Virus record (IMG/VR): IMGVR_UViG_3300045988_149625
From: a virus
Reading direction: 5' to 3' (one strand)
DNA: 64,000 nucleotides
Below are positions 1 to 9,755 of the stretch, one piece after another. Both the position numbers and the translations under genes were made by a program. Position 1 is the first letter of the stretch, and every line of letters starts with the position of its first letter. Under the pieces are notes generated by a model. It was given only the letters and a program-made list of their open reading frames with translations, had not been told where the DNA came from and did not search any database.

Positions 1-732
1 CTAATTAAATATTTAGAAGATAGTTTAGTTCTTTCTACGCCTTTAATTGAGAACGACCCCTCGTATCAGCAGATAAAGGATAATATTCCATCCATCATAG
101 AAATGTCTTTGATGGGTATGGGAAAGTCAGTTGATGATGAACTAACTCCAAAAGAAAAGTATCTAGTTGTGTTAAAAAGCCTTTATGTATTATACATGAG
201 GCTTGCAACAGCATCTGCCCCAGAATTTGATGTAAGTGCGGAGCAAGTAAGCTTTAAGAAAGGCGATAGGTTCTTCCATTACACTTCCTTAGCTGAAAAA
301 GCACAAGCGGATATTGAGAAAGCAGAGCAGAGTGATATAGAATGTGCAGATATTACTATAAGCATACGTAATGGAACTATTCGTAACTATAACTTATCTA
401 AAGGACAGAAAGTAAACTTACAAGTTGGTACAGTAAGTTCAACATCTGCGGAGTTAAGTTGGAATATGTTTAATCTAGGCTATGGAGAGTTTTGTAAATA
501 TGCTTTAATGTATAGCACTAAGTCTATCTATGATGAATACTCTGTGCCAATCTTACGGCAGGGGAATGATGTAGATGCAATTTCTTTTTGGGACATTAAG
601 AGGACTAAATATCGTTTAATGAATTTAAGTCCAAATACAACATACTATATAGTAATGGTATTTTATAATAGGGATGGTCATAAATCTATTGAGCAGGTTG
701 AGTTAATGACTGGGGATGCTGAAAATGGATAG
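1..732 (+). CDS. 5'-partial structural protein (head/decoration-like) with C-terminal fibronectin-III/Ig-like domain; frame is open from base 1
   Basis: No stop in frame from position 1 to 732. C-terminus has an FN3-like pattern (SAELSWN...YRLMNLSPNTTYYIVMVFYNRDG). Located upstream of head-tail joining genes. Confidence 0.4.
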   Translation, partial: LIKYLEDSLVLSTPLIENDPSYQQIKDNIPSIIEMSLMGMGKSVDDELTPKEKYLVVLKSLYVLYMRLATASAPEFDVSAEQVSFKKGDRFFHYTSLAEKAQADIEKAEQSDIECADITISIRNGTIRNYNLSKGQKVNLQVGTVSSTSAELSWNMFNLGYGEFCKYALMYSTKSIYDEYSVPILRQGNDVDAISFWDIKRTKYRLMNLSPNTTYYIVMVFYNRDGHKSIEQVELMTGDAENG

Positions 733-1204
733 TATTAGTAGGTATTTAAGTAATTCAATCGACCAAGTTTATGGTATTATAGGGAATAGGGAAATGAAAT
801 TTTATTATGTCCCTGTTCTTGAAAGAAAATACCTTGAAAGTAAGGACTTTATAGATTATGATTTTGAAAATAAAATACGCATAAATGCAACTTTAAATTC
901 TGATTTAGCCAGCGATATAGATTTAGAGCGGGCTAAGGATTATTTAACAGTTACACAGGAGTCAGCAACAATACAGTTTGCTTTAACAAGTATTAGACCA
1001 CATATTCCTAATAAATTAGACCGCATTTATATAGAGTATCCAAATGGAAAGACAGCCAATTATTTAATTGTGGGCATAGATGATGGCGTTTTACTACAAG
1101 GTATTTATGTAAGTGTGCGTGTTTTTAAGATGGATGGTGTAATTACAAATTTTCAGTGGGCTAATAATGGGGTAATGCCAAATGGTTATGAGTTACAACT
1201 CTAA
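716..1204 (+). CDS. hypothetical head-tail connector/adaptor-region protein
   Basis: 162-aa ORF in the head-tail joining module. It overlaps its neighbours in operon fashion. Confidence 0.3.
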   Translation: MLKMDSISRYLSNSIDQVYGIIGNREMKFYYVPVLERKYLESKDFIDYDFENKIRINATLNSDLASDIDLERAKDYLTVTQESATIQFALTSIRPHIPNKLDRIYIEYPNGKTANYLIVGIDDGVLLQGIYVSVRVFKMDGVITNFQWANNGVMPNGYELQL

Positions 1205-1697
1205 TGTATTTCAGCGGATTAGTAGCGAACTTATAGATAAATCTCTCCGAATGGAGGGGGCTTTAAGGGAAGCTGCTAAGCTGTGTGCAGAGGATTTATT
1301 GAGGGAGTCAGAAGTGCAAGTACCTGTTGATACAGGCGCATTGATTTTAAGTGGTGAGGTCGTAGATAATGGTAATTCCTTTGATGTTGTCTATTCTGCA
1401 ACACAGAGAGATAGGCATTTATTAGACCCCTCAAAGCCTTTGGGGAGTAACCCAGATTATAATTATGCGCTTATTCAGCATGAAGCCACATGGTTTAAAC
1501 ACCCAAATGGGGGTAAAGACCATTACTTAAGTGACCCATATAATGCAAATAAGCAGACATATATGGAGATTATGAAAGCGTCTGTAAGAGAAGCAATTCT
1601 TGAAGATGTTCCTATAAATGCTGGAAGTAGTAAATCTGTTAGGGGAAAGAAAAGCAGGCGTAAAGCTAAGCAGCGCGCGCGTAAGCATATGAAGTAG
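1182..1697 (+). CDS. HK97 gp10-family head-tail joining protein
   Basis: Motif ...VQVPVDTGALILSG... is typical of the HK97 gp10 family. Position before tail genes fits. Confidence 0.5.
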   Translation: MVMSYNSNVFQRISSELIDKSLRMEGALREAAKLCAEDLLRESEVQVPVDTGALILSGEVVDNGNSFDVVYSATQRDRHLLDPSKPLGSNPDYNYALIQHEATWFKHPNGGKDHYLSDPYNANKQTYMEIMKASVREAILEDVPINAGSSKSVRGKKSRRKAKQRARKHMK

Positions 1698-1707
1698 GTG
1701 AGGGAAA

Positions 1708-2094
1708 ATGTTCGCGGAAAGTATGGCAGGTTTTTTGGAAACAAATGAATATGGCATAGTGGATAAGAATATTTTTGTAAACCTTTTTCCTCAAAGGACA
1801 GAAATACCTGACGCAATATGTGTAACAGAAATGCAGCCTTTTAGCATTAAAGGGCGCGCTAGAAATAGTGTAAACTTTAATTGCCAGATAAGGGTAAGGA
1901 ATAGGTTTAGTTCTAAAGCGCAAGAAATTGCACTAAATATATATAATCTTTTAAATAAAGATGGTTTTATGATTGACACTAATGGAAAGCGTTTTACAGT
2001 AAGACCAATGAACCCGCCAATGTATCTTACAACGGATACTGGGGGCAGGGCGAATTGGGTACTCAATGTAACAGGGCTTTCATTGAATTATTAG
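1708..2094 (+). CDS. hypothetical tail-completion/terminator-like protein
   Basis: 128-aa ORF between the gp10-like gene and the major tail protein. Assignment is by synteny only. Confidence 0.3.
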   Translation: MFAESMAGFLETNEYGIVDKNIFVNLFPQRTEIPDAICVTEMQPFSIKGRARNSVNFNCQIRVRNRFSSKAQEIALNIYNLLNKDGFMIDTNGKRFTVRPMNPPMYLTTDTGGRANWVLNVTGLSLNY

Positions 2095-2110
2095 AAAGGA
2101 TTGAAAGCAT

Positions 2111-2695
2111 ATGGCAGGAAAGATTCTTGACACAAGAGTAGTTTTAATGGAGCTGAGTGACGTAAAAGTTGCACCTCTATTAACCGACCCAACCGAGGGC
2201 GAAACTACTTACGGTGCATTTGTAGATTTAGCAGGTGTCCTTTCTTTACAGGTTTCACCAGAAATGGTTTCTAAGACACTTTATGGTGACTCAACTGTAA
2301 TGGATAACTATGCACGTACCACAAGTATTAACTTTACTGTTACAAACAGTGTAATAAGTTATAGTGGACTAAAGTGTATCTTAGGTGGTAATGTAAGTAC
2401 CGAGGGTACAGATGGGACTGAAAAAGTTACTTATAGCATAACAGCAGCAAATGCTACCCCAGGTTACTTTAAGCTAGAGGGTAAATGGGATTATGCAAGT
2501 ACAGATGACACTGTAAAAGATGCCCATGTAGTGCTTTATAAATGTAGATTAAGTGAAGCCCCAGATTTCACCATTAACGATTCTAGTGGCGATTTTGGCG
2601 ACTGTTCTTTCAGCGGTGTAGCAATGCCTACAAACAGTGATGGAAAGTGGATGGATATGACACTTAACGCTACTGCAGCAGCTATTGGTGGTTGA
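2111..2695 (+). CDS. major tail protein (putative)
   Basis: 194-aa S/T-rich beta-type protein directly upstream of the chaperone/tape-measure genes. Has an RBS (aaaggattgaaagcatATG). Confidence 0.45.
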   Translation: MAGKILDTRVVLMELSDVKVAPLLTDPTEGETTYGAFVDLAGVLSLQVSPEMVSKTLYGDSTVMDNYARTTSINFTVTNSVISYSGLKCILGGNVSTEGTDGTEKVTYSITAANATPGYFKLEGKWDYASTDDTVKDAHVVLYKCRLSEAPDFTINDSSGDFGDCSFSGVAMPTNSDGKWMDMTLNATAAAIGG

Positions 2696-2706
2696 TAATG
2701 AATTTT

Positions 2707-2739
2707 AAGGGTGTTTTATACACCCTTATTTTATTTTTT
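2707..2739 (+). terminator. rho-independent terminator after major tail gene
   Basis: Hairpin aagggtg-ttttata-caccctt followed by a T-run (attttatttttt). Confidence 0.5.
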
Positions 2740-2746
2740 AAGGGTA

Positions 2747-2775
2747 TTGACAAAATCTTAATTATATGATATAAT
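2747..2775 (+). promoter_or_regulatory. sigma-70-like promoter (TTGACA-N17-TGnTATAAT)
   Basis: ttgaca at 2747-2752 and an extended -10 tgatataat ending at 2775. Confidence 0.45.
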
Positions 2776-2813
2776 ATAGTTAAGATATTAATACATAAAG
2801 GAGAGTAATAAAT

Positions 2814-3149
2814 ATGTCAAAATTAAGCTTATTAAAACCACAAGGAACGGTTCTTCAAATTGGAGAAAAAGATTATGAATTAGTTTATGATTTCAACGCA
2901 TTTGCAATGTTAGAGGATAAATTCGGAAGTGTGCAAAAAGCCTTTGATGCACTCACTGGAACACCTAGATTTGCTGACGTTTTAGCTATTTTACAGGCAG
3001 GGTTTGCGTCAAGTAAGGATAAAATGACGGATAAAGAATTAGGAAGTTATTTAACACCTAAAAATATTCCAGATGTAATTAGTTTGGTTAATGAAGCTTT
3101 AACTAAGGTAATGCCAGAAGTTAAAGAAACTAAGAGTTCAAAAAACTAA
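2814..3149 (+). CDS. tail assembly chaperone (gpG-like)
   Basis: 111-aa ORF immediately upstream of the tape measure. Ends at the slippery site A_AAA_AAC (3141-3147). Confidence 0.55.
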   Translation: MSKLSLLKPQGTVLQIGEKDYELVYDFNAFAMLEDKFGSVQKAFDALTGTPRFADVLAILQAGFASSKDKMTDKELGSYLTPKNIPDVISLVNEALTKVMPEVKETKSSKN

Positions 3150-3388
3150 AGAAAGCCCTTTCCCATGAAGAAGATGATTCGTGGGATTGGGTAGCTTTTT
3201 ACTATTTTGCAAAGAGAGTTTTAAAAATGTCAGATACAGAATTTTGGGAAAGCTCTCCTGCAAAAATATTTGCTTTATTGGACTATCATGTAAAGGTGGA
3301 GAACCCAGATAAGGCAAAGAATGATGTCAAGAATATGCCGAAAATGACACCAGATTTATTTAAACAGTGGGGCGGTGGTATAAAATAG
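2814..3388 (+). CDS. tail assembly chaperone G-T fusion made by -1 programmed frameshift (putative)
   Basis: X_XXY_YYZ heptamer A_AAA_AAC sits before the TAA at 3147-3149. The -1 frame is open from 3149 to a TAG at 3386-3388 (KKALSHEEDDSWDW...QWGGGIK), ending just before the tape-measure start at 3400. Confidence 0.45.
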
Positions 3389-3399
3389 CCCCAAATTGA

Positions 3400-6300
3400 T
3401 TGGAGGGAGAAAAGATGGCTAATGCAGATGTAGGTAAACTAACAGCTAGTATAGCTTTAGATGTTAGTAATCTTACAAAAGGCGTGGCAAAGGCAGACCA
3501 GCAATTAGAGCAGCTTTCTACTTCATTCCAAAAATCGCAGAAAAAAGTAAATTCATCATTAAATAGTATAGATACAAAAGTGGCAATGACTGCCAAAAAT
3601 GTTATTGCTACAATTAGGGCGCAGACTAATCAGATAAATGCGCAGATGGCAACGCAAAGAAATTTGCTGACTAAGAGCTTAAACGCACAAACAAAAACTC
3701 TTGAATCTTCTATGCAACAGCAGATAAGGGCGACACAGAAGTTATCAACTGCTGTTGGGGTAAACACTTCTCTAGTATCTGCTAGTATAATGTCAATGAA
3801 TAAGAATGTTTCAGAGGCACTTAGTCAACTGACAAGTGCTTTTGAAAGAATGTCTACACGTTCTGGACAGAGTATGACAAATGCTAGAAAAACATTATCA
3901 CAGCAAGCTGTACAGATGGCAGGGGATTTAGAGAAGTTAAAAGTAAAAGCTGAACAAACACAAGTTACTCTGAATAATAGACAGACACAAAAATTAAATT
4001 ATAAAGCTACTAAAACGGACACTGCAAAACTTGATAGTAAGCTCTCTAGAATGGATACTGTTTCATTCACACCCACCATGAACACCTCTGGGGCAGTTTC
4101 ACAAGTTAATGGCTTGGAAAGTGCTTTAGCAAAAGCAAATACGCAAGCAGTTACTTTGAGCGGAAGTTTAAGTAAGGCTTGGGAAATTTATGAAACAATA
4201 TCTTTTAGTGCTTTTAAATTAGTCTATGGTATTGACGCTATTGGACAGGCAGTAACAGCATTGGTTTCACCTGGGTGGCAACTTGCAAATTTATTGGAAA
4301 CAGAACAAATAGGTATGGCAGGTATCCTAAGCTCCATGACTTCTTTACATGGTGAGAGCTTAAAGTGGAATAGCGCAATGTCCATGTCGAAATCTATTAT
4401 GAAAGACCTTACAGTTGAGGCAGCAAAAACTGCGGCAACAAGTGAGGAATTGATTACTACTTTTAGAGCACTGCTTGGTCCAGGTTTAGGGGCAGGAATG
4501 AGCGTTGAGGAGATTAAGCAAGCCACTGTTACAGGTGTAAATGCTGTTAAATCAATGGGACTTGATGGTAGACAGCTAGTACAGGAATTAAGGGATTTAG
4601 TTCAAGGTGGTATTCAAGCTTCAAGCTCAACTTTAGCAACAGCTTTAGGTTTAACTGATAAGGATATTAAGGCAGCTAAACAAAGTAGCGAAGGTTTATT
4701 TAAATTCTTAATGAAACGCCTAGAAGGTTTTAAACAATCTTCCACAGAGTATGGCAATACTTTAAGTGGTATGCTTGCACAGGTTAAGGAAGGTTATGCA
4801 CTTGCACAGGCACAAGCTGTTGAACCTTTACGTGATGCTGCTAAGGGCATCTTAAAAGATATAAGGGATGTTCTCTATACAAAAGATATGCAAATAAATC
4901 CTGCTTTTGTGGAAGGATTTAAGGAAGTTGGAAATTACGTTTTAAAAATTTGGGAAGCTTTAAAAGAGGTAGGCAGTAGTTTTATGCCTGCTATTGAAGC
5001 AGCTTTAAATATTGCAGTTCCTTTAGTTAAGTTAATAGTAGACAATCTTAAAGAGCTTACTATAATGTTCTTGACTTGGAACATTGCTAAAAAGGTAAAC
5101 ACTTTATTTCAGATTAAAGAAGCCACTGATAGTGTAACTAGCAGTCAGATAGCACAAAATAAAGCCATTGAGGAAGCAGAAGCAAAATACAAAAAGGCAC
5201 AGAACGCTGCAATGGATTATGCTAATAGTTCTGCTTTAAAGTTTAATGCGCATGTCGAAGCAAATAATCAGAGAATAAATACAAATGCTATAGCAGGGCA
5301 GGTTAAGATGCTAGGCTCTATGTCTAATGATAAGTCCTTACAACTTTGGGGAGAGGAACTAACTAAGTTGGAAGGTAAGTATCAAAAGCTTGGAGCATCT
5401 GCAAATGAAGCCGCTAAGTATGCAAATCTTGTAGCAGAAATTACTATAAAAGGCAGTAAAGAATCTGCAAAGGAACTTGATAGAGAAATAGAAAAACGTC
5501 TAGAAGTAGCACGTGCCGCTGAAAAAGAATATCAAGGACAAATTAAGCTTGAAGGCGAAAAGAAGAAAAACTTAGAATCTACAAACAAGCTAATGGGCAA
5601 ATTTAGTGTCTTTGCTAATGTGACAGGTGGCGTTGGAGATGCTTTAATGAGCCTAGGTTTAATTTTAGGACTAACCGCAGATAAAAACGATGAATCTGCT
5701 AGACAGACCGCCGCTAATATTGAGCAATTTGGCTTTTTAATGGCAATGGCAGGAAATTTAGCATCTACACTTACAAATACCCTAGTTCCTGCGATAATGA
5801 AAGCTGTTGAATGGTTTGCAAAGCTAAAACTTGTAGCTGCAATGGGTGGTGTGGGTGCTGCCTTAGGTAAAGGTGCTTTAGTGCTTTCACCTGCTTTAAT
5901 AGCCGCAGGTGCTGCAAACTACTTTAAAAAAGACGACGACCCTACCAAGATAAAATTTGACAGTTTTGAAAGTGTTGGCGCAGGGCTTTGGCGCAATTAT
6001 ATTTATAACCCAAAAGCTGAAAAAGAAAAATTGGAGGCAGCTGCTAAAGCGGCTGCGGATAAAAAAGCTGCTGATGAAAAAGAAATGCAAGAGCAGGCAG
6101 AAAAGATTAGGCAACAATTAGCAGGTTTAGAGCTTAAATTCCCTAAGAGTCCTACTGGCGGTGGTACTAAAGGAAGCGCCGCCGCAGGTAGGGCAGCAGA
6201 TAAGGCAGCTAGAAATCAAGCTAAAAACGCCTATAAAGTTTTAGAAACTGCTTTAAAAGCGGAAAAAGAAGCAATTAAACAACAGCAGTTACAACTTGAA

Positions 6301-8304
6301 AGTGCTTATAAATTTGACTTAACTTCTACACAAGATTATATGCAGACTAAGTTTAAATACGATTCTGATATAATAGAAGCAGAAATTAAGAATTATGAAA
6401 AGCGCAGGGAGATTGCAAAATCTTTAGGACAAGATTCTGACGTAGAATCATTCACGAATAAGATAGGTGAACTTAAAGAATCTGCTATTACAAAATACAT
6501 AGAATATGTAAATGATTTAAAAGATAAGTATAAAGAATTATATGATAGATTAGATGATATAAAAGGCAAGTATGAAGATATAGTTGGTGTATCAGAAGAA
6601 GCTTTTAAAACAAATTTAGTTAAAGAGTATGCAGCAGATTTTTCAAGGGTATATGCAGAGCTTGAAACTGCGCAAAAAGGTTTAGCAAAAGCGCAAGAAG
6701 ATGGTAACACAAGTGATATAAAAGCTTGGAGTACCTTGATAAGCAAAATGCAGGTTGCTAAACAGCAATTAGAGCAGATAGTATACTTACGAAAACTAGA
6801 GCGTGATGCACAAGAGTCTATCGCTCGTGCTCAGAATGTAGGATTACAAGCACAGTCTGCAAACCTTGACTATCAGCTTTCAACAGGTGTTCATAGTGAC
6901 TTTCAGAAAGAAAGTGACTTATGGATTAGAAGCCATTCTGATATGCAGTCTGTAATAGACCAGTATAGAACTGCGATTGCTAATTACACTGCTCAACTGA
7001 GTATGGCAAATAGTGAAGAGAGAAAGAGCCAAATACTACAAAATATTGTAGACGCTAAACAAGCTATTAAAGATTTGATGGACGAAGTACATCCATTAGA
7101 ATCTTTAATTAAGGATAATTTAGTTAGTGGTTTATCAGATGCTTTTCAAAGTATTTACTGGGGAGAAAAATCAGCGAAAGAAGCCTTACAAGATTTTGCA
7201 AATACTTTCTTACAGACCTTTACTAAGAAGATGTTTGATACAGCTTTTGATGAGTTGTTTGGTAATATCTTTGACAGTATTTCTGGAAGAAATACTTTGG
7301 ATACAGATGTTGTAACAAATGTTGAATCACGTGTTACAGTTGATATGACAAAGTTTCAGCAAGATGTTACAGATGCAGGACTTACTTTACAGCAGGAGCT
7401 TAATGGTCAGTTAATACCTTCTTTCCAAGCTTTAAATTCTGTTATACAGGAAATTTTGACAAAAGCAGGTGTAACAAGCGTTGGTGTTAGCGGTGCAACA
7501 GGTATCAGCGGTGTCACAGGAAGTGTCACAGGAAGTGTCACAGGAAGTGTCACAGGACAGCCTAACACTGAAAGCACAACTATTGGAAGTGGCATAGCAA
7601 TGCCAGACTTATCTAGCTCCGTTAAGGGTTTAGAAAGATTTGACAAAGGTGTTATTTCTGCAACAGGTGCTATCGCAGAAGATACAGCGGCTACTAAGAT
7701 AAGCACTGGTGCTACTGATAATTTAAGCAGTGTTACTAAATCCACAGGAAATAGCGCAATGCCTGCTTTAATGGCAGCCGTAACCGCTGTAAGTGGTAGT
7801 TTAGGAAAATTTGGTACTGTATTACAGACTGTAATGATGATATTGCAGATTGCGCAAGCAACCCACATTCTTGGACTTGCAGATGGTGGTGCTGTTAGTG
7901 GGGCAGGTACAGGTACTAGCGATAGTATTCCTGCTAGATTGTCTAATGGGGAGTATGTAATAAAGGCAAGTTCTGCAAAGGCTTTAGGTACAAATTTCCT
8001 TGACCGCTTAAACAGTGTTGGTGATGGAAGAACAATTCGTAGTGGTAGACTTCCACGTTTTAAATACGCAGATGGTGGCGAAGTAAGAACAGAGGATAGT
8101 CAGCTAGGAAATACAATGCCTATGCAACAGGCAAATGAATTGCCCTCAACAGTAGGCGTTACTATGAATATGACATTCCAGTCACTTGACCCAGAGGCTA
8201 ATATGAAGCTGTTTAATAAGCAATATGAGAACTTTAAGAGTAAGTTAATAAATGATATTCAGAAAAATACAAGTATGCGAACAGCAATTAGAGGTGTTAC
8301 ATAA
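3400..8304 (+). CDS. tail tape measure protein
   Basis: 1634 aa, coiled-coil/Q/A/K-rich with Gly/Ala-rich hydrophobic segments. Located after the G/GT pair. RBS ggagggagaaaagATG. Confidence 0.85.
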   Translation: MEGEKMANADVGKLTASIALDVSNLTKGVAKADQQLEQLSTSFQKSQKKVNSSLNSIDTKVAMTAKNVIATIRAQTNQINAQMATQRNLLTKSLNAQTKTLESSMQQQIRATQKLSTAVGVNTSLVSASIMSMNKNVSEALSQLTSAFERMSTRSGQSMTNARKTLSQQAVQMAGDLEKLKVKAEQTQVTLNNRQTQKLNYKATKTDTAKLDSKLSRMDTVSFTPTMNTSGAVSQVNGLESALAKANTQAVTLSGSLSKAWEIYETISFSAFKLVYGIDAIGQAVTALVSPGWQLANLLETEQIGMAGILSSMTSLHGESLKWNSAMSMSKSIMKDLTVEAAKTAATSEELITTFRALLGPGLGAGMSVEEIKQATVTGVNAVKSMGLDGRQLVQELRDLVQGGIQASSSTLATALGLTDKDIKAAKQSSEGLFKFLMKRLEGFKQSSTEYGNTLSGMLAQVKEGYALAQAQAVEPLRDAAKGILKDIRDVLYTKDMQINPAFVEGFKEVGNYVLKIWEALKEVGSSFMPAIEAALNIAVPLVKLIVDNLKELTIMFLTWNIAKKVNTLFQIKEATDSVTSSQIAQNKAIEEAEAKYKKAQNAAMDYANSSALKFNAHVEANNQRINTNAIAGQVKMLGSMSNDKSLQLWGEELTKLEGKYQKLGASANEAAKYANLVAEITIKGSKESAKELDREIEKRLEVARAAEKEYQGQIKLEGEKKKNLESTNKLMGKFSVFANVTGGVGDALMSLGLILGLTADKNDESARQTAANIEQFGFLMAMAGNLASTLTNTLVPAIMKAVEWFAKLKLVAAMGGVGAALGKGALVLSPALIAAGAANYFKKDDDPTKIKFDSFESVGAGLWRNYIYNPKAEKEKLEAAAKAAADKKAADEKEMQEQAEKIRQQLAGLELKFPKSPTGGGTKGSAAAGRAADKAARNQAKNAYKVLETALKAEKEAIKQQQLQLESAYKFDLTSTQDYMQTKFKYDSDIIEAEIKNYEKRREIAKSLGQDSDVESFTNKIGELKESAITKYIEYVNDLKDKYKELYDRLDDIKGKYEDIVGVSEEAFKTNLVKEYAADFSRVYAELETAQKGLAKAQEDGNTSDIKAWSTLISKMQVAKQQLEQIVYLRKLERDAQESIARAQNVGLQAQSANLDYQLSTGVHSDFQKESDLWIRSHSDMQSVIDQYRTAIANYTAQLSMANSEERKSQILQNIVDAKQAIKDLMDEVHPLESLIKDNLVSGLSDAFQSIYWGEKSAKEALQDFANTFLQTFTKKMFDTAFDELFGNIFDSISGRNTLDTDVVTNVESRVTVDMTKFQQDVTDAGLTLQQELNGQLIPSFQALNSVIQEILTKAGVTSVGVSGATGISGVTGSVTGSVTGSVTGQPNTESTTIGSGIAMPDLSSSVKGLERFDKGVISATGAIAEDTAATKISTGATDNLSSVTKSTGNSAMPALMAAVTAVSGSLGKFGTVLQTVMMILQIAQATHILGLADGGAVSGAGTGTSDSIPARLSNGEYVIKASSAKALGTNFLDRLNSVGDGRTIRSGRLPRFKYADGGEVRTEDSQLGNTMPMQQANELPSTVGVTMNMTFQSLDPEANMKLFNKQYENFKSKLINDIQKNTSMRTAIRGVT
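7509..7556 (+). repeat. 12-bp tandem repeat x4 (aagtgtcacagg) inside the tape measure, encoding (SVTG)n
   Basis: Direct reading: cggtgtcacagg aagtgtcacagg aagtgtcacagg aagtgtcacagg. Confidence 0.8.
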
Positions 8305-8732
8305 TGTTAGGTTTAGATATAACTACAAATACTGATTATAAAGCTGCTGGCAATTTAGAAGTTTGGGGTATAACTGCTTTACAGTTATACTCCTACACCC
8401 TTGAATTTAATACACTTGTTGATGAAAAGTGGACAGGTAATGAACAGCGTAGGGCGCAGTGGTCAGAACCTAGAAGAACTTGGACACTCAAATTCCAAAA
8501 GACACCTGCGGGCGGCAGGAAGTTAGAGGAATTTTTTAAGCAAGTGAAAGGTAAATATAGAGCTTTTAAATTTAAGTGGGCAAGGATTTATGCAGATGAT
8601 GGCACTGATAATGGCGGCGACGATAATTGGTATTATGTTAGATTTGACAGTGACTCCATGCAGTTTACCATGAATTATATGGGGTACAGAGAAGTTTCTA
8701 TAAATTTAATAGAAGTAAGGAATGGTTCATAA
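8304..8732 (+). CDS. minor/distal tail protein (lambda gpM-like position)
   Basis: 142 aa. First gene after the tape measure, with an ATGA overlap. Confidence 0.4.
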   Translation: MLGLDITTNTDYKAAGNLEVWGITALQLYSYTLEFNTLVDEKWTGNEQRRAQWSEPRRTWTLKFQKTPAGGRKLEEFFKQVKGKYRAFKFKWARIYADDGTDNGGDDNWYYVRFDSDSMQFTMNYMGYREVSINLIEVRNGS

Positions 8733-9349
8733 TGACAGTAGGTATTAAACAAGACATTGCTCAATACTTAGCACAAAGCGAGATTGAAACGCGCCTATTA
8801 GTAGTTATTGAGTATGATAAAGATAACATATATAGATTTATAGCAGATGAAAGTTTAGAATCTTTTGAAATTTGTGGAAATACTTACTTATCTACACAAA
8901 TTGAGAGAGGTAGTAGGCAGGAGAACGCAGATAACTCTATTGATAGTGTTTCTTTGACACTCTCTAATCATTGGCAAGAATGGGCAGCGATTGTAGCGAA
9001 TCATGGCAACGAATTTCTGGGAAAAAGGTGTACGCTTTATGAGTGGTTTCCAGAATATCCAGAGGATGAGCCAGTACCTATGTATAGTGGCGTTTTAGAT
9101 GAAATTAAAATGTCAGCCACAAGTTTTGAAATGGAGGTTGTTAGGGTATTAGGTGACTACGACCAAGAAGCACCTTTAATGACCTACGACCCGAACTGTC
9201 AGTTTATTTATAAGGATGCTAGATGTAAGGCAAAAAATACAATTTACTATTCATGTGGTAAAACGCTGAATGACTGCATACAGCGTGGTAACGTATTAAA
9301 TTTCGGTGGGTATGTCGCCGTACCGAGAGAATATTTAGTTAAACATTAA
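8732..9349 (+). CDS. minor tail protein L-like (Cys cluster at C-terminus)
   Basis: 205 aa. C-terminal Cys cluster (CQFIYKDARCKAKNTIYYSCGKTLNDC) resembles the lambda gpL Fe-S region. Synteny M-L-K-I/J. Confidence 0.5.
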   Translation: MTVGIKQDIAQYLAQSEIETRLLVVIEYDKDNIYRFIADESLESFEICGNTYLSTQIERGSRQENADNSIDSVSLTLSNHWQEWAAIVANHGNEFLGKRCTLYEWFPEYPEDEPVPMYSGVLDEIKMSATSFEMEVVRVLGDYDQEAPLMTYDPNCQFIYKDARCKAKNTIYYSCGKTLNDCIQRGNVLNFGGYVAVPREYLVKH

Positions 9350-9350
9350 A

Positions 9351-9361
9351 GGGGGGGGGGG
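9351..9361 (+). repeat. homopolymeric G11 tract in the ribosome-binding region of the downstream NlpC/P60 gene
   Basis: aaaggggggggggg-cagg-ATG. Confidence 0.9.
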
Positions 9362-9365
9362 CAGG

Positions 9366-9755
9366 ATGATTCCCAGAGAAGATGTAAAAGATTACATAGG
9401 ATTACCTTTTGTACAGGAAAAGGACGGATACGCTTGGGGATGTCTTGCTCCTTTTTATCAAATTCACCCAGAATTTGAGCATATTAAAGCATATAGGTAT
9501 CCTGTAAGTGAGGATGCTAATATGCTAAAGCATTTTAAAAGCCATTTTAAAGAAGTTGATTTAGAAGATGCCGTTTATGGGGATGTTTTGGTTATAAAAT
9601 TACCTATGAATCAATGGCATTTAGCAGTGTATTTAGGGGACGGCAAGTTAATGCACTGTACATTACATATAGACACAGAAATTACAAGACTTGAAAATTT
9701 TTCACAAGGCAGGATAAAGGGGGTATTTAGGTGTCAGGTGCAGCAGCAGCATTAG
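9366..9755 (+). CDS. NlpC/P60-family tail tip protein (lambda gpK-like)
   Basis: Cys/His/His pattern (GCLA...HLAVYLGDGKLMHC) is typical of NlpC/P60. Position fits gpK. Confidence 0.5.
   Translation: MIPREDVKDYIGLPFVQEKDGYAWGCLAPFYQIHPEFEHIKAYRYPVSEDANMLKHFKSHFKEVDLEDAVYGDVLVIKLPMNQWHLAVYLGDGKLMHCTLHIDTEITRLENFSQGRIKGVFRCQVQQQH

Noticed and set aside
3360-8304. Minus-strand ORFs inside the tape-measure gene (3360-3596, 4224-4526, 5896-6117, 6393-6746, 7407-7868)
   Set aside because: They are typical antisense ORFs of a long coiled-coil gene with biased codon usage. None has an RBS, and all are fully contained in a supported gene.
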